DNA from: Terriglobia bacterium
GTDB taxonomy: Bacteria > Acidobacteriota > Terriglobia > UBA7540
Length of the DNA stretch: 64,000 bases
Reading direction: 5' to 3'
Assembly (NCBI GenBank): GCA_035946625.1
Contig: DASYZE010000042.1
Location: 7,065-71,064, forward strand
The notes under the pieces were generated by a model that saw only the letters and a list, made by a program, of their open reading frames with translations, had not been told where the DNA came from and did no database searches. The position numbers were made by a program, and so were the translations under genes. Shown here piece after piece: positions 27,069 through 36,534 of the stretch (its first letter is position 1; each line of letters starts with the position of its first letter).

Positions 27069-29831
27069 CTATTCGTTTCCCAGTCTTTCGAGTGATTCCG
27101 CCACCTTGCCCAGGTGTTCAGTGAGTTCGGCGTGGCGGCGCTCGACTCCGCGCACCACATCGCGCGGCGCCCGGCTCACGAAGCCTTGATTATCCAACTG
27201 CTTCTGCGACTGGCTCAGTGCTTGTTCAAGTTTTTCTTTTTCACGCTCCAGGCGCAAGCGCTCGGCGGCGGGGTCCAGCTTCTCTTCATGCAAAATCCGA
27301 AGGTCAAACGTGGCCGTGTGGTGGACGCCCGCGGCCTCTCCCGTCATCCTCCCGCGGGCAAAATTCGTTGCCTGCAATCCGGTCAGCCGGTGGATGGAAT
27401 CCTGATGGGCGCGAAACAATTCCAGCACGCGCAGGTCATCACAAGCCACCTGGGCGCTGGGCTTCTGTTTTTGCAGGTTCAATTCCGCTTTGGCGTTGCG
27501 CAGGGCAACAATCAACTCCTGCACGGTTTCAAATTGCTTTTCGGCGATGGGGTCGGCCACGCGCTCGCCTACCAGATTAAATGGCGCCAGAGAAATGGAT
27601 TCCTCGCGTGGGTGTCGCCCAAGTTCGTGCCAGAGCTCTTCGGTGATGAAGGGCATGAAGGGATGGAGCAGGTGGAGCGCCGCTTCAAACACCCGAGCCA
27701 GATTGACCCAGGTTGCCGGGGCAGCAGGTTCTTCGCCGGTCTTTGTGATCTCGGATTTCACCCACTCCAAATACCAATCGCAAAATTCGTGCCAGAAGAA
27801 ATGATAGATTTTGTCAGCCGCTTCATGGAAGCGGTACTGGCCCAGGGCCTCGTTGATCTCGCGTGTGATCGTCCACAAACGGGAAAAGATCCAGCGGTCC
27901 GCCAGCGCAAGGTGCTCCGGCGCCGCGGCAGGGTCAAACCCCGCGCCCGGCATAGGCTTCAAGGCGTCGGCAATCTGGTGCTGAACATTTTCCGGAAGTT
28001 TCCGCAGGTTCATCAGCACAAACCGGGCGGCGTTCCAGATTTTATTGGCGAAGCCGCGGTATGAATCAAACTTATCGGGGCTCACTACGATGTCCGTGCC
28101 CGGCGCGGCGCTGATGGCCAGGGCAAAGCGCACCGCATCGGTGCCGTATTTCTCCGTCACTTCAAGAGGGTCGATCACGTTGCCCTTCGTTTTGGACATC
28201 TTCTGCCGCTCTGCGTCTCGCACCAGGGCGTGGATGTAGAGCTCGCGGAACGGCACCTCGCCCATAAATTTCATCCCCATCATGATCATCCGCGCACCCC
28301 AGAAAAACAGGATGTCGAACCCCATGATCATCAGGTTCTGAGGATAAAAATTACCGATGTCGGGTGTTGGTTCCGGCCAGCCGAGCGTGGCAAACGGCCA
28401 CAACGCCGAGCTGAACCAGGTATCGAGCACGTCGGTTTCCGGGCGCAGCGATCCCGACCCGCACTTTGGGCAAACATGGGGAGTCTCTTTGGCCACCATC
28501 ACCGCGTTGCACGACAGGCAATACCATGCCGGGATTCGATGCCCCCACCAGAGTTGGCGTGAGATGCACCAGTCATGAATCCTGGCCATCCAGTCGAGAT
28601 AGATTTTCCGGTATTGGTCGGGGACAACTTGAATTCTTCCCTCTTCCACCACGCGGCGGGCCGGCTCCGCCAGGGGCTGCATTTTCATGAACCACTGGGT
28701 TGATAGCCGCGGCTCAACAATGGAATGGCAGCGCTGGCAAATGCCGACACTCAACGGGTAATCCTCGATTTTTTCCAGCAACCCTTGCGCGGTGAGATCG
28801 CGCACCACGGCCTGGCGCGCTTCAAACCGGTCAAGGCCGCGGTACGGTCCGGCCTCCTCTGTCATACGCCCTTCCTCGTCAATCACCTCAATGCGGGGTA
28901 ATTGGTGGCGCTCGGCAATTTCATAGTCGTTGGGGTCGTGGGCGGGCGTCACCTTCACTGCGCCGGTCCCGAATTTTGGATCCACAAAGTCGTCCGCCAC
29001 CACCGGAATGAATCTCTTGAGCAAGGGCAATTCGACCCTGTAGTCCACCAACTCCCGGTAGCGCGCGTCCGAAGGGTTCACAGCCACTGCCGTATCGCCT
29101 AGCATGGTTTCAGGGCGCGTGGTGGCCACAGTAATATGCCCCGGGCGTTTCTCCAATGGATAGCGGATGTACCAAAGTTTTCCCTGCCGCTCTTCGTGAA
29201 CCACTTCGAGGTCCGAGACGGCGGTGCCGCAGCGCGGGCACCAGTTGACGATGTATTTGCCGCGGTAAATCAGTCCCTCGTCGTACAGGCGGACAAACAC
29301 TTCCACCACAGCACGAGTGTAAGCGGGATCCATGGTGAAGCGGTCGCGAGTCCAATCGCACGAGGCGCCCATGCGCTTCATCTGTTCCCGAATTTTTCCT
29401 CCATTCGCTTCTTTCCATTTCCAGCAGCGCTCGATAAATTTCTCCGGGCCCATCTCCCGTCGGCGGCGCTGCCCTTCATGCTGCCAGGTCCTTTGGGTGG
29501 CGGGGCCGGGCTCGAGGTCCGGTAACGCTTCGCGGCCTAGCTCGCGTTCCACAATCATCTGGGTGGCGATGGAGGCATGGTCGGTGCCCGGAAGCCAGAG
29601 GACGTTTTCACCCTTCATGCGATGCCAGCGCATCAAAATATCAATCTCGCCGTGCTCCAGCATGTGCCCCATGTGGAGCGAGCCGGTAATGTTGGGAGGG
29701 GGAATGACCAGGGCAAAGCGTGGCCGCGAAGGATCATCGGTGGGGCGGTAGATCTTTTGTTCAACCCATTGGCGCGCCCATTGCGTCTCAATCGTTTCGG
29801 GCGAATATATTTTGGGAATCTCGGGTTCCAA
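27069..29831 (-). CDS. valS: valine--tRNA ligase
   Basis: 920 aa with PPPNITGSLHMGH (HIGH), KMSKTKGN (KMSKS), an editing domain and a C-terminal coiled coil. TTG start. Confidence 0.95.
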   Translation of the reverse strand: MEPEIPKIYSPETIETQWARQWVEQKIYRPTDDPSRPRFALVIPPPNITGSLHMGHMLEHGEIDILMRWHRMKGENVLWLPGTDHASIATQMIVERELGREALPDLEPGPATQRTWQHEGQRRRREMGPEKFIERCWKWKEANGGKIREQMKRMGASCDWTRDRFTMDPAYTRAVVEVFVRLYDEGLIYRGKYIVNWCPRCGTAVSDLEVVHEERQGKLWYIRYPLEKRPGHITVATTRPETMLGDTAVAVNPSDARYRELVDYRVELPLLKRFIPVVADDFVDPKFGTGAVKVTPAHDPNDYEIAERHQLPRIEVIDEEGRMTEEAGPYRGLDRFEARQAVVRDLTAQGLLEKIEDYPLSVGICQRCHSIVEPRLSTQWFMKMQPLAEPARRVVEEGRIQVVPDQYRKIYLDWMARIHDWCISRQLWWGHRIPAWYCLSCNAVMVAKETPHVCPKCGSGSLRPETDVLDTWFSSALWPFATLGWPEPTPDIGNFYPQNLMIMGFDILFFWGARMIMMGMKFMGEVPFRELYIHALVRDAERQKMSKTKGNVIDPLEVTEKYGTDAVRFALAISAAPGTDIVVSPDKFDSYRGFANKIWNAARFVLMNLRKLPENVQHQIADALKPMPGAGFDPAAAPEHLALADRWIFSRLWTITREINEALGQYRFHEAADKIYHFFWHEFCDWYLEWVKSEITKTGEEPAAPATWVNLARVFEAALHLLHPFMPFITEELWHELGRHPREESISLAPFNLVGERVADPIAEKQFETVQELIVALRNAKAELNLQKQKPSAQVACDDLRVLELFRAHQDSIHRLTGLQATNFARGRMTGEAAGVHHTATFDLRILHEEKLDPAAERLRLEREKEKLEQALSQSQKQLDNQGFVSRAPRDVVRGVERRHAELTEHLGKVAESLERLGNE

Positions 29832-29982
29832 CAGTTCCAGTCCTCGACGGTGAGCCCATCCCGGAGCGGCGAATATGGCGCATCCGCTCCAACAGCAGGG
29901 CCTGTATCGTTAATGAAATCAAATAACTATAGCCTTTGGCTGGGAATCAGTCAAACATCGGGCATGGCTCCGCGTCGATCGA

Positions 29983-31287
29983 TCAGTTTTTGCGGGTGGA
30001 AGGAGCATTGATCTCCGCGTTAATTTCGGTGGATAAAGGTTTGGCGATTTCCTCAATCGCTTGAGGAGGCAGCCGGGGAGACATCTTGGCCACGACCATG
30101 TAAACGATCGAATACACTTGCGCCGGATCGAGCGCCTGTGGAACAGGAGTCGAGGGCGCTTCGGCCGCAGGCAATTCGCGTTCAGCGCTAGGTGGAGCAA
30201 GCCTCACGTTTCCGGCAGCAGCATCGCTCAGCGAAAAACTCTCGAGCGTCGTCGCAGAAACGGGTGTGGGCTCCACGACGGCTTCAATCTCGCCCGTCTT
30301 AGCCATGGATGCTGCTTCCGAGGAGGCTTGGACCGGCGCCGCCTCCGGGGAGGGCTCTTCAAACGCGGGCGCTGCCACTTGCGGCAGAGCAGGTGAGATT
30401 TCATCACTCAATACCGGCTGCGCTATGTCTGCCGGCGCTCGAAACATGATCGTGCGCTCGGTCTCATGCACGTGCGGGTGCTCGTGCTCCTCATGATGCT
30501 CCGGCGTAGCTTGCTCTTCGATTAGCACGGGTTCGGCAATTGCAGGGGGCTCCGTGACCGTAATAGGTTCGGCAGCCTCGGGCGCAGGCATCTGGGCAAC
30601 GAATTCCGCAGGAGCTGCCGCCACCGGGGTGTGCTCCACCTCGATGATCGGCTCCTCAGTGGACTGAGGCGCTGCCTCCACGACGGGTGAAAGTTCGGGT
30701 TCTACGCTGGATTCAATCGTTGGCGCAGACTCGGAGGGAGTGGCGGATATCTCCTCTAATGCCTCCGCAAAAGCAACACCGCCGCCAAATTGGGAAAAGT
30801 CCGGAGCTGGTTCCTTGGCTTCAATGATCGGCTCTTCATCCACAGGTTCACTGACGAAAGCGGGCGGAGGCGACGCCTTCCTGACGGGAGGAGGGATGGG
30901 AATGGCTGCGGCAGCCTCGGCGATGGCGAGGTACTTGGTTACCGTGGAAATCAACTCATCCCGGTCAAAAGGTTTCCTGATGCGCCCATCGGCGCGGACC
31001 CGCGCACCCTTTTGCTCGTCCAGAATATCGTCGTCGCTGAAGACAAGGATGACGGGCACATTGGCGTATTCCTTTGAGCCTTTGACGAATTCGCAGACTT
31101 CGTAGCCGTCCTTGCCCGGCATGGCTATGTCAGCCAGTATGACCATGGGCAACACAGTGGGTAACTTTTTTATGGCTGCCACCCCGTTCGACACGGTGAC
31201 AACTTCCATGCCCTCGCCCGTCAATACTCCGCTGGCTTTCTTTTGAACGGTTGGACTGTCGTCCGCGATTAGGACTTTACGCGCCAC
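29983..31287 (-). CDS. response regulator receiver protein with a long acidic Pro/Ala/Glu-rich tail
   Basis: The receiver domain occupies the first ~120 aa (KVLIADDSPTVQ..., ILADIAMPGKDGYEV, IRKPF). The following about 310 aa are low complexity, including HHEEHEHPHVHE. GTG start. Confidence 0.8.
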   Translation of the reverse strand: MARKVLIADDSPTVQKKASGVLTGEGMEVVTVSNGVAAIKKLPTVLPMVILADIAMPGKDGYEVCEFVKGSKEYANVPVILVFSDDDILDEQKGARVRADGRIRKPFDRDELISTVTKYLAIAEAAAAIPIPPPVRKASPPPAFVSEPVDEEPIIEAKEPAPDFSQFGGGVAFAEALEEISATPSESAPTIESSVEPELSPVVEAAPQSTEEPIIEVEHTPVAAAPAEFVAQMPAPEAAEPITVTEPPAIAEPVLIEEQATPEHHEEHEHPHVHETERTIMFRAPADIAQPVLSDEISPALPQVAAPAFEEPSPEAAPVQASSEAASMAKTGEIEAVVEPTPVSATTLESFSLSDAAAGNVRLAPPSAERELPAAEAPSTPVPQALDPAQVYSIVYMVVAKMSPRLPPQAIEEIAKPLSTEINAEINAPSTRKN

Positions 31288-31406
31288 TCTTGGCCTCCTG
31301 GTTTGGGGTCAAAGACTTCACCGCCGTGAGAAATACCATTTCAGGACACTTAAGTCAAGGTGCATCGGTGCAATCGCGTGCAATTCATCCCGGAAGGCAT
31401 CACAAT

Positions 31407-31832
31407 CTAAGGATAAAGCCTATAAAGCAGCCAGTAAATCACCACTCCTGTAACGGAAACATAGAGCCAGGCCGGGAACGTCCAACGGGCGATGCGCCTG
31501 TGAAGGTCGAATCGCTTCTTCCAGGCGCGATAGAGCGTGGTGAGGACCAACGGAACAATCAGCGCCGCTAATATGGTGTGTGAGCCAAGCAAGGCAAAAT
31601 AGAACGGACGAATCAAGCCCAGCCCCCTGAAGTGTGTGACCCCATGTTGAACGTGGTACCAGAGATAGCAGACAAGAAAAAGGGAGGAAGTCCCAAACGC
31701 GGATAGCATGCAGATTTTATGAGCGAGGATGCGTTTGTTCCTGACGAAAAAATAACCCAAGGTCAGCAAGACCGCGCTGGCGGCATTCAGCGAGGCGTCG
31801 ATAGCGGGAAAGTCGGAAAGTTGAAGGGACAC
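31407..31832 (-). CDS. DUF420 (CtaM-like) membrane protein
   Basis: Four TM helices with AIDASLNAASAVLLTLGYFF and HRRIARWTFPAWLYVSVTGVV, typical of DUF420. Last gene of the oxidase string. Confidence 0.75.
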   Translation of the reverse strand: MSLQLSDFPAIDASLNAASAVLLTLGYFFVRNKRILAHKICMLSAFGTSSLFLVCYLWYHVQHGVTHFRGLGLIRPFYFALLGSHTILAALIVPLVLTTLYRAWKKRFDLHRRIARWTFPAWLYVSVTGVVIYWLLYRLYP

Positions 31833-31946
31833 CCTTTGAGTTTATAGTTGAAAGTCGAAAGTGAATAGTCAAAAACAACAGCAGGTAAGCTTTTGGGGCA
31901 CCCGAATCCTTCACAGTATCTGACGCGGCGAAAATCCTGGACTGCT

Positions 31947-32216
31947 TTATCTGGGGCCTTCGCCGGCAGGTTTATCTGGTGGCTCGCTGGAGGGAGGTTT
32001 CTTGTGCCTATACTCCAATATCTGCTTCAACTCGCCCGTGTAAAACGACCAAACCACCATCAACACGAAGAGGCCGCCGATGGTGGCGCAAATCAAGCTC
32101 AGCGAAAGACCGTCCAGGGTGAGAAACTGGCCCGACACCACAAGATAGCCACACACGGCCATCGAGATCAGTCCGACGACAAGACAAAATGCCAGTAGGA
32201 GGAGACTTTCAAGCAT
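31947..32216 (-). CDS. small 2-TM membrane protein (hypothetical)
   Basis: MLESLLLLAFCLVVGLISMAVCGYLV...ICATIGGLFVLMVVWSFY plus a Pro-rich tail. Start uncertain (32216, 32270 or 32327). Confidence 0.35.
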   Translation of the reverse strand: MLESLLLLAFCLVVGLISMAVCGYLVVSGQFLTLDGLSLSLICATIGGLFVLMVVWSFYTGELKQILEYRHKKPPSSEPPDKPAGEGPR

Positions 32217-32341
32217 GGAAGTTCGTTCCTTGACCAGGGTGATAGCCTGAGGATCATGACGCTCAGCCATCGGTTGTCTAAGAGGATTTTGTTGTTTCGC
32301 CCTGGGCGATATCCGCAAATCTTTCAATTGCCTGGCGGCGC

Positions 32342-33277
32342 CTATTTTAAAACCTTATCCAGAATCATGAGGCCAAACACCAAAGGCAGATAAAAAACCG
32401 AAGCCATTAACAGGCGCCGGGCCAGCAACTTGGATCTGACCACCGAGGTCAAAACTCCGCAGTACAAAATGCTTAGTCCGAGCGCGAGTGTCCCGAAAAA
32501 ATATAACCAGCCCATTTGGCCCAGCCAGGTGGGGAGCAAGCTGACCGGCAACAGGGCCAACGAGGTCACCAGGATCTGCCGCGCGGCCTTTCGCCCTTGC
32601 GGGTCATCGAGCGGGAGCATCAAAAGACCCGCCCGCTCGTAATCCTCCCGGTACATCCAGGCGATGGAAAGAAAGTGTGGGAACTGCCAGATAAAGAGGA
32701 TGGCGTAAAGGATCCACGCTTCAAGATTCAAGGAACCGCGTGCGGCTGCCCATCCGATCAATGGTGGCATGGCGCCGGGGAAGGCGCCCACCAAAGTGCA
32801 GTAAGTGGTTTTCCGTTTGAGTGGAGTGTAAAGCAGCAGGTAGCTGGCGAGCGTGAGCATCGCCAAGCCGCTGGCCAGAAAGTTGGCAGCCCACCAGAGA
32901 TATAAACCCCCGGCAACGGAAAGAACAATCCCAAACCACAGGGCTTCTGGAGCCGAAAGCCTTCCCGAGGGCAAGGGTCGATTGGCTGTTCGCCGCATGC
33001 GGGCGTCTGACACGCGTTCAAACCATTGGTTCAGCGTCGCCGTGCCACTCGCCACCAGCAGGGTGCCGGCGAGAGTGTGAAACAGGAGCAGATAATTCAT
33101 GGCGCCGCGCCAACCCAGATAGAAACCCGCCAGCGAGCTGGCCACCACCAGTGAATTGACTTCTGGCTTGGTGAGCGTCCAATAGTCAGCGACTTTGCTG
33201 CGCCACCTGGCCACGACTGCGCGCGGCCGCGGATTCACCGCGGCTGCCACCGTATTGTCCACCACAATACTGCCCAT
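32342..33277 (-). CDS. ctaB: protoheme IX farnesyltransferase (heme O synthase)
   Basis: UbiA-family motifs (NQWFERVSDARMRRTANRPL, YREDYERAG) and 8-9 TM helices. ATG 33277 avoids overlap with ctaA. Confidence 0.9.
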   Translation of the reverse strand: MGSIVVDNTVAAAVNPRPRAVVARWRSKVADYWTLTKPEVNSLVVASSLAGFYLGWRGAMNYLLLFHTLAGTLLVASGTATLNQWFERVSDARMRRTANRPLPSGRLSAPEALWFGIVLSVAGGLYLWWAANFLASGLAMLTLASYLLLYTPLKRKTTYCTLVGAFPGAMPPLIGWAAARGSLNLEAWILYAILFIWQFPHFLSIAWMYREDYERAGLLMLPLDDPQGRKAARQILVTSLALLPVSLLPTWLGQMGWLYFFGTLALGLSILYCGVLTSVVRSKLLARRLLMASVFYLPLVFGLMILDKVLK

Positions 33278-33287
33278 TAAATTTCCT

Positions 33288-34211
33288 TCAAACCGCCACA
33301 TTCTCCCGCATTGAAGAGAGCTCGGGGGCCGAGTCAGGCACCGCCACAAAGCGATAAGTCTGATAGGTTAGGGCCAAACTTGCCGCCAGAACCAACGCGC
33401 CCACGGCCACGTGCGTGGTGGTGACCAGAACCACCGGGGGCAAAGGCTGGGGTGCATTTTGATTGGTCCAGACTTCCCAGTACGAGCCAACGCCGAGGGC
33501 TACCTGCACCACCAGAAGGCCGGTGAGGAGCCAAATCGGCCGAGTCAAGCGGCGTTCGGTTCGAAATTCGGAGAGCACGCGCACCAACATCCAAAGCACC
33601 GCGATGGTCACCAAGCCCGCGCCCACCACGTGCGGGATGATTCCAAATCCATGATGCCGGAAAGCCGCACCCACCATCAACTGAAGAAATATCAATGCGG
33701 TGGTCGCGGTGGCCAGGCGCCGCAAAGAAATCGTTGAGGTTTCTTTTACCTTGGGCTCGTCCCAACGCCAGTCCGCCTGGGTAAATAATGCGAGGCTCAC
33801 CATAATGCAGAAAAATGCCTGGGCCAGGCAGGCATGAGCCACGGAAACGTCCACGGGCAAAAAGAAAAGAACGGTAATCCCGCCCAGAATGGCCTGAGCG
33901 ATGATGGTGAGAACGGAAATCGCGCCCAGGCGCCGTACCCAGCGTCGCGGCTCGCTGCGCCACAGCCAGACCGCGAGAATCAGAGTGAAGATCACGACGG
34001 TCCCCGCCACCATGCGGTGGCCGTGCTCAAATTTAACCCCCCCCACCATGCGCGGCATGCGAAAGGTCCCAAACGAAGTCGGCCAGTCCGGAACGGAAAG
34101 GCCGGCGTCGTTGGAGGTGACCAGCGCGCCGGCGATAATCAAAATGAAAGTGGCGGCGGCAACGAACGTCGCGTAGCGGTGCAGCCATCGTTGCTGTAAG
34201 GTCTGAGCCAT
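33288..34211 (-). CDS. ctaA: heme A synthase (COX15/CtaA family)
   Basis: Eight TM helices with His pairs (FEHGHRM, AFRHHGF, TTHVAVG) as in CtaA. Confidence 0.8.
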   Translation of the reverse strand: MAQTLQQRWLHRYATFVAAATFILIIAGALVTSNDAGLSVPDWPTSFGTFRMPRMVGGVKFEHGHRMVAGTVVIFTLILAVWLWRSEPRRWVRRLGAISVLTIIAQAILGGITVLFFLPVDVSVAHACLAQAFFCIMVSLALFTQADWRWDEPKVKETSTISLRRLATATTALIFLQLMVGAAFRHHGFGIIPHVVGAGLVTIAVLWMLVRVLSEFRTERRLTRPIWLLTGLLVVQVALGVGSYWEVWTNQNAPQPLPPVVLVTTTHVAVGALVLAASLALTYQTYRFVAVPDSAPELSSMRENVAV

Positions 34212-34219
34212 TTTCGAAA

Positions 34220-34507
34220 CTATGCTCTCCAAGGCGCGGCCGCCACGTTCGGCATTTCCTCATTGGCCGGATCCTGGTGAATCCCAGATCCTTCATCGGT
34301 CCTGGTGTTAAAGCTATTCCGGCGGCGGAACGCCACCCCGAATATCAAAATAAACATCAAAAGAGTGGGAAATATCATCACCAGAACACCGGTCTTCAAA
34401 GCCTGCAACATCCCCGGAGCCTGCGTGGCGGCGTTCTGATAACAAGCAGGACACATCTGCGCGAACGCCACGCTGGGGGTGGCAAGCGCGGCAAATCCCG
34501 CTGCCAT
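34220..34507 (-). CDS. small hypothetical protein with signal-like N-terminus, CxxC and one TM helix
   Basis: MAAGFAALATPSVAFAQMCPACYQN...GVLVMIFPTLLMFILIFGVAF. The ORF-track start at 34669 would translate the repeat region. Start uncertain. Confidence 0.4.
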   Translation of the reverse strand: MAAGFAALATPSVAFAQMCPACYQNAATQAPGMLQALKTGVLVMIFPTLLMFILIFGVAFRRRNSFNTRTDEGSGIHQDPANEEMPNVAAAPWRA

Positions 34508-34524
34508 TCGAGCCGGAATTTTCC

Positions 34525-34579
34525 AAATCTGAGATCGGAAATCTGAGATTTGAAATCTCATGATCGGTTTTTGAAATCC
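34525..34579. repeat. stuttering word repeat (tctgagat / ttgaaatc) with a local palindrome
   Basis: aaatctgagatcggaaatctgagatttgaaatctcatgatcggtttttgaaatcc, which contains the near-palindrome gagatttgaaatctc. Confidence 0.7.
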
Positions 34580-34691
34580 ACCCTTCACCACTTGATGTCT
34601 CTCTCGGTTCGCCTTGCCGTTTTTAATTTTCTCACGCCCCGTTCTCAACCTTCTTAATTCATCATTCATAATTCAACCTTCATACATTTCT

Positions 34692-35006
34692 TCAATGCAC
34701 CTTCATCACCAGAATGCGCAAACTGTCGGGAAATACCACAAACAACATGCCCACCACAAAGAGCAGCGCCGGCATCAAGGTCAAAATCAGGCTTCGGCGC
34801 TCGTACCGGAGGTGCATGAAGTAGGCGATGATCAATGATGCTTTGATGAGCGAGAGGCCCATCAACAGGGTCAGCATCAGCTTCAGCTCCAGTTGCGCAT
34901 AGGCCAGGAAGACCTCCACCCCGGTGAGTCCCAGCAGCGAAAACCAGACAGTGAATGTCACCTTCTTGCTGATTTCATTGTGGGCGTGTTCCATGGTTGC
35001 GTTCAT
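34692..35006 (-). CDS. ctaF: cytochrome c oxidase subunit IV (prokaryotic COX4 family)
   Basis: 104 aa with 3 TM helices and position after subunit III. TFTVWFSLLGLTGVEVFLAY resembles COX4_pro. Confidence 0.7.
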   Translation of the reverse strand: MNATMEHAHNEISKKVTFTVWFSLLGLTGVEVFLAYAQLELKLMLTLLMGLSLIKASLIIAYFMHLRYERRSLILTLMPALLFVVGMLFVVFPDSLRILVMKVH

Positions 35007-35124
35007 TCAGTCTCAAACCTCCGATTGCAGGCGCGGTCTCTGACCGCCGTCCCCGGCGCTCCGTAAGCGCCGAATTATTCGGCGGTCCCCGCCCCGTGAA
35101 GCAGGCACCGACCGCCGGGACAGA

Positions 35125-35769
35125 TCATCCTATTCTTGCCGACAGCAAATAGACCAGGGGGAAGATGAACATCCACACCAGGTCAACGAAGTGCCAATAC
35201 AGTCCGGCCACTTCCACTACTTCATCGTTGTACTTGCCCCGCGCCGTGCCGAATGCCACCACGGCCAGATAAACGACGCCGATGGTGACGTGAGTCATGT
35301 GCAGCCCAGTCAATCCGAAAAATGTGGCGCCGAATAGCGGTGTGCCCCACGGATTCCCCCAGGGTGTCACGCCCTGGTGAAACAGTCCAAACCACTCGCG
35401 CAGGTGGAGGACGTCAAACGTCACCCCCCCCATCAGGGTGGCCACCAGCCATCCGGCCGCGCGGGAGCGAATGCCCATCTTGGCGGCGCGCACGCCCAGC
35501 ACCATGGTGACGCTGCTGGTCAGCAGGACCAGGGTCATCACGGTGGCGTTGATGACGCTGGCTGATTCAAAAGGCCTCGGCCATGCTTCCGTCGACGTGC
35601 GCACATAACTATAGGCCACCAGGAGAGCTGAGAAGGTGATGGCATCGGAAACGATGAACAACCACATTCCCAGCTTATTCGAACCGATTGCGTACGGAGA
35701 CCCGCCCCCGGACCAGATCGATTCGTGGCCGCCCTCATGGGCGGCTAGATCTTGAGCATGGCTCGACAT
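35125..35769 (-). CDS. ctaE: cytochrome c oxidase subunit III
   Basis: Heme-copper oxidase subunit III-like helices (GLHMTHVTIGVVYL, YWHFVDLVWMFIFPLVYL). Confidence 0.85.
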   Translation of the reverse strand: MSSHAQDLAAHEGGHESIWSGGGSPYAIGSNKLGMWLFIVSDAITFSALLVAYSYVRTSTEAWPRPFESASVINATVMTLVLLTSSVTMVLGVRAAKMGIRSRAAGWLVATLMGGVTFDVLHLREWFGLFHQGVTPWGNPWGTPLFGATFFGLTGLHMTHVTIGVVYLAVVAFGTARGKYNDEVVEVAGLYWHFVDLVWMFIFPLVYLLSARIG

Positions 35770-35770
35770 C

Positions 35771-36442
35771 CTATAACCTCACCGTGAGCAAGAGTAGGAG
35801 ATAAATCCAAAGTCCGTCCATAAAATGCCAGTAAAGGGCAGTCACATCCACTGCCACACGCTTTTTCAGTCCGGCAGCCAATCGCGGAGCCTGCCCCACG
35901 AGGTAGCAAAGCGCGATGACGCCACCCAGCAGGTGGAGCCCGTGCGCCGCCGTCAGCAGGTAGAAGAACGAACTGCTGGGATTGGTGGAAAGATATACGC
36001 CATGCGACGCCAGCTCGCGCCACGCCACCAGTTGACCGCCAATGAACGCCACGCCGAGGATCGACGTGACCTTGAGCCAAATCTTGAATTGACTGGCTCG
36101 GCCGGCTCCCAGGGCCCGGCGCGATATTTCGAAGGCGACGCTGCTGGCCAGCAGGATTAGAGTATTGAAATAAAGAATGCGTGGTAGCGCAATCGCGGCC
36201 CAGTCGGACGACCCGCCCTTGCGGACGATCAGCGCGCTGGTGAACGACGCGAACAACATCACAATGGCAACCAGCGCCATCCACATGCCGGTGCGATAGG
36301 TTTGTGCCGGCACACTCCAATCCCGGTAATCTCTGCCGCCATACCCTCCGTACCCTCTTCGGCCGAAACCACTCCCGTTGCCACCGGTCGAATCGCTCCC
36401 GGGGGGGGTTGTGAGCCTTGGCGGAGTTAGTACGGTGGCCAT
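35771..36442 (-). CDS. second cytochrome c oxidase subunit III-family protein
   Basis: AAHGLHLLGGVIALCYL and LYWHFMDGLWIYLLLLL, with a Gly/Tyr/Arg-rich N-terminus. ATG 36442 preferred. Confidence 0.8.
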   Translation of the reverse strand: MATVLTPPRLTTPPGSDSTGGNGSGFGRRGYGGYGGRDYRDWSVPAQTYRTGMWMALVAIVMLFASFTSALIVRKGGSSDWAAIALPRILYFNTLILLASSVAFEISRRALGAGRASQFKIWLKVTSILGVAFIGGQLVAWRELASHGVYLSTNPSSSFFYLLTAAHGLHLLGGVIALCYLVGQAPRLAAGLKKRVAVDVTALYWHFMDGLWIYLLLLLTVRL

Positions 36443-36505
36443 TTCCAAACCCATCAGAAAGCGGACGAGGGAATCAGTAAACCCCTCCAAAAATTTATTT
36501 CAACC

Positions 36506-36533
36506 TTTCTGACTCCTGTCTTCTGACTCCTTC
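36506..36533. repeat. direct word repeat in the ctaD|ctaE spacer
   Basis: tttctgactcctgtcttctgactccttc. Its reverse complement contains ggagtcagaag, the same 11-mer repeated at 59446-59478. Confidence 0.75.
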
Positions 36534-36534
36534 T

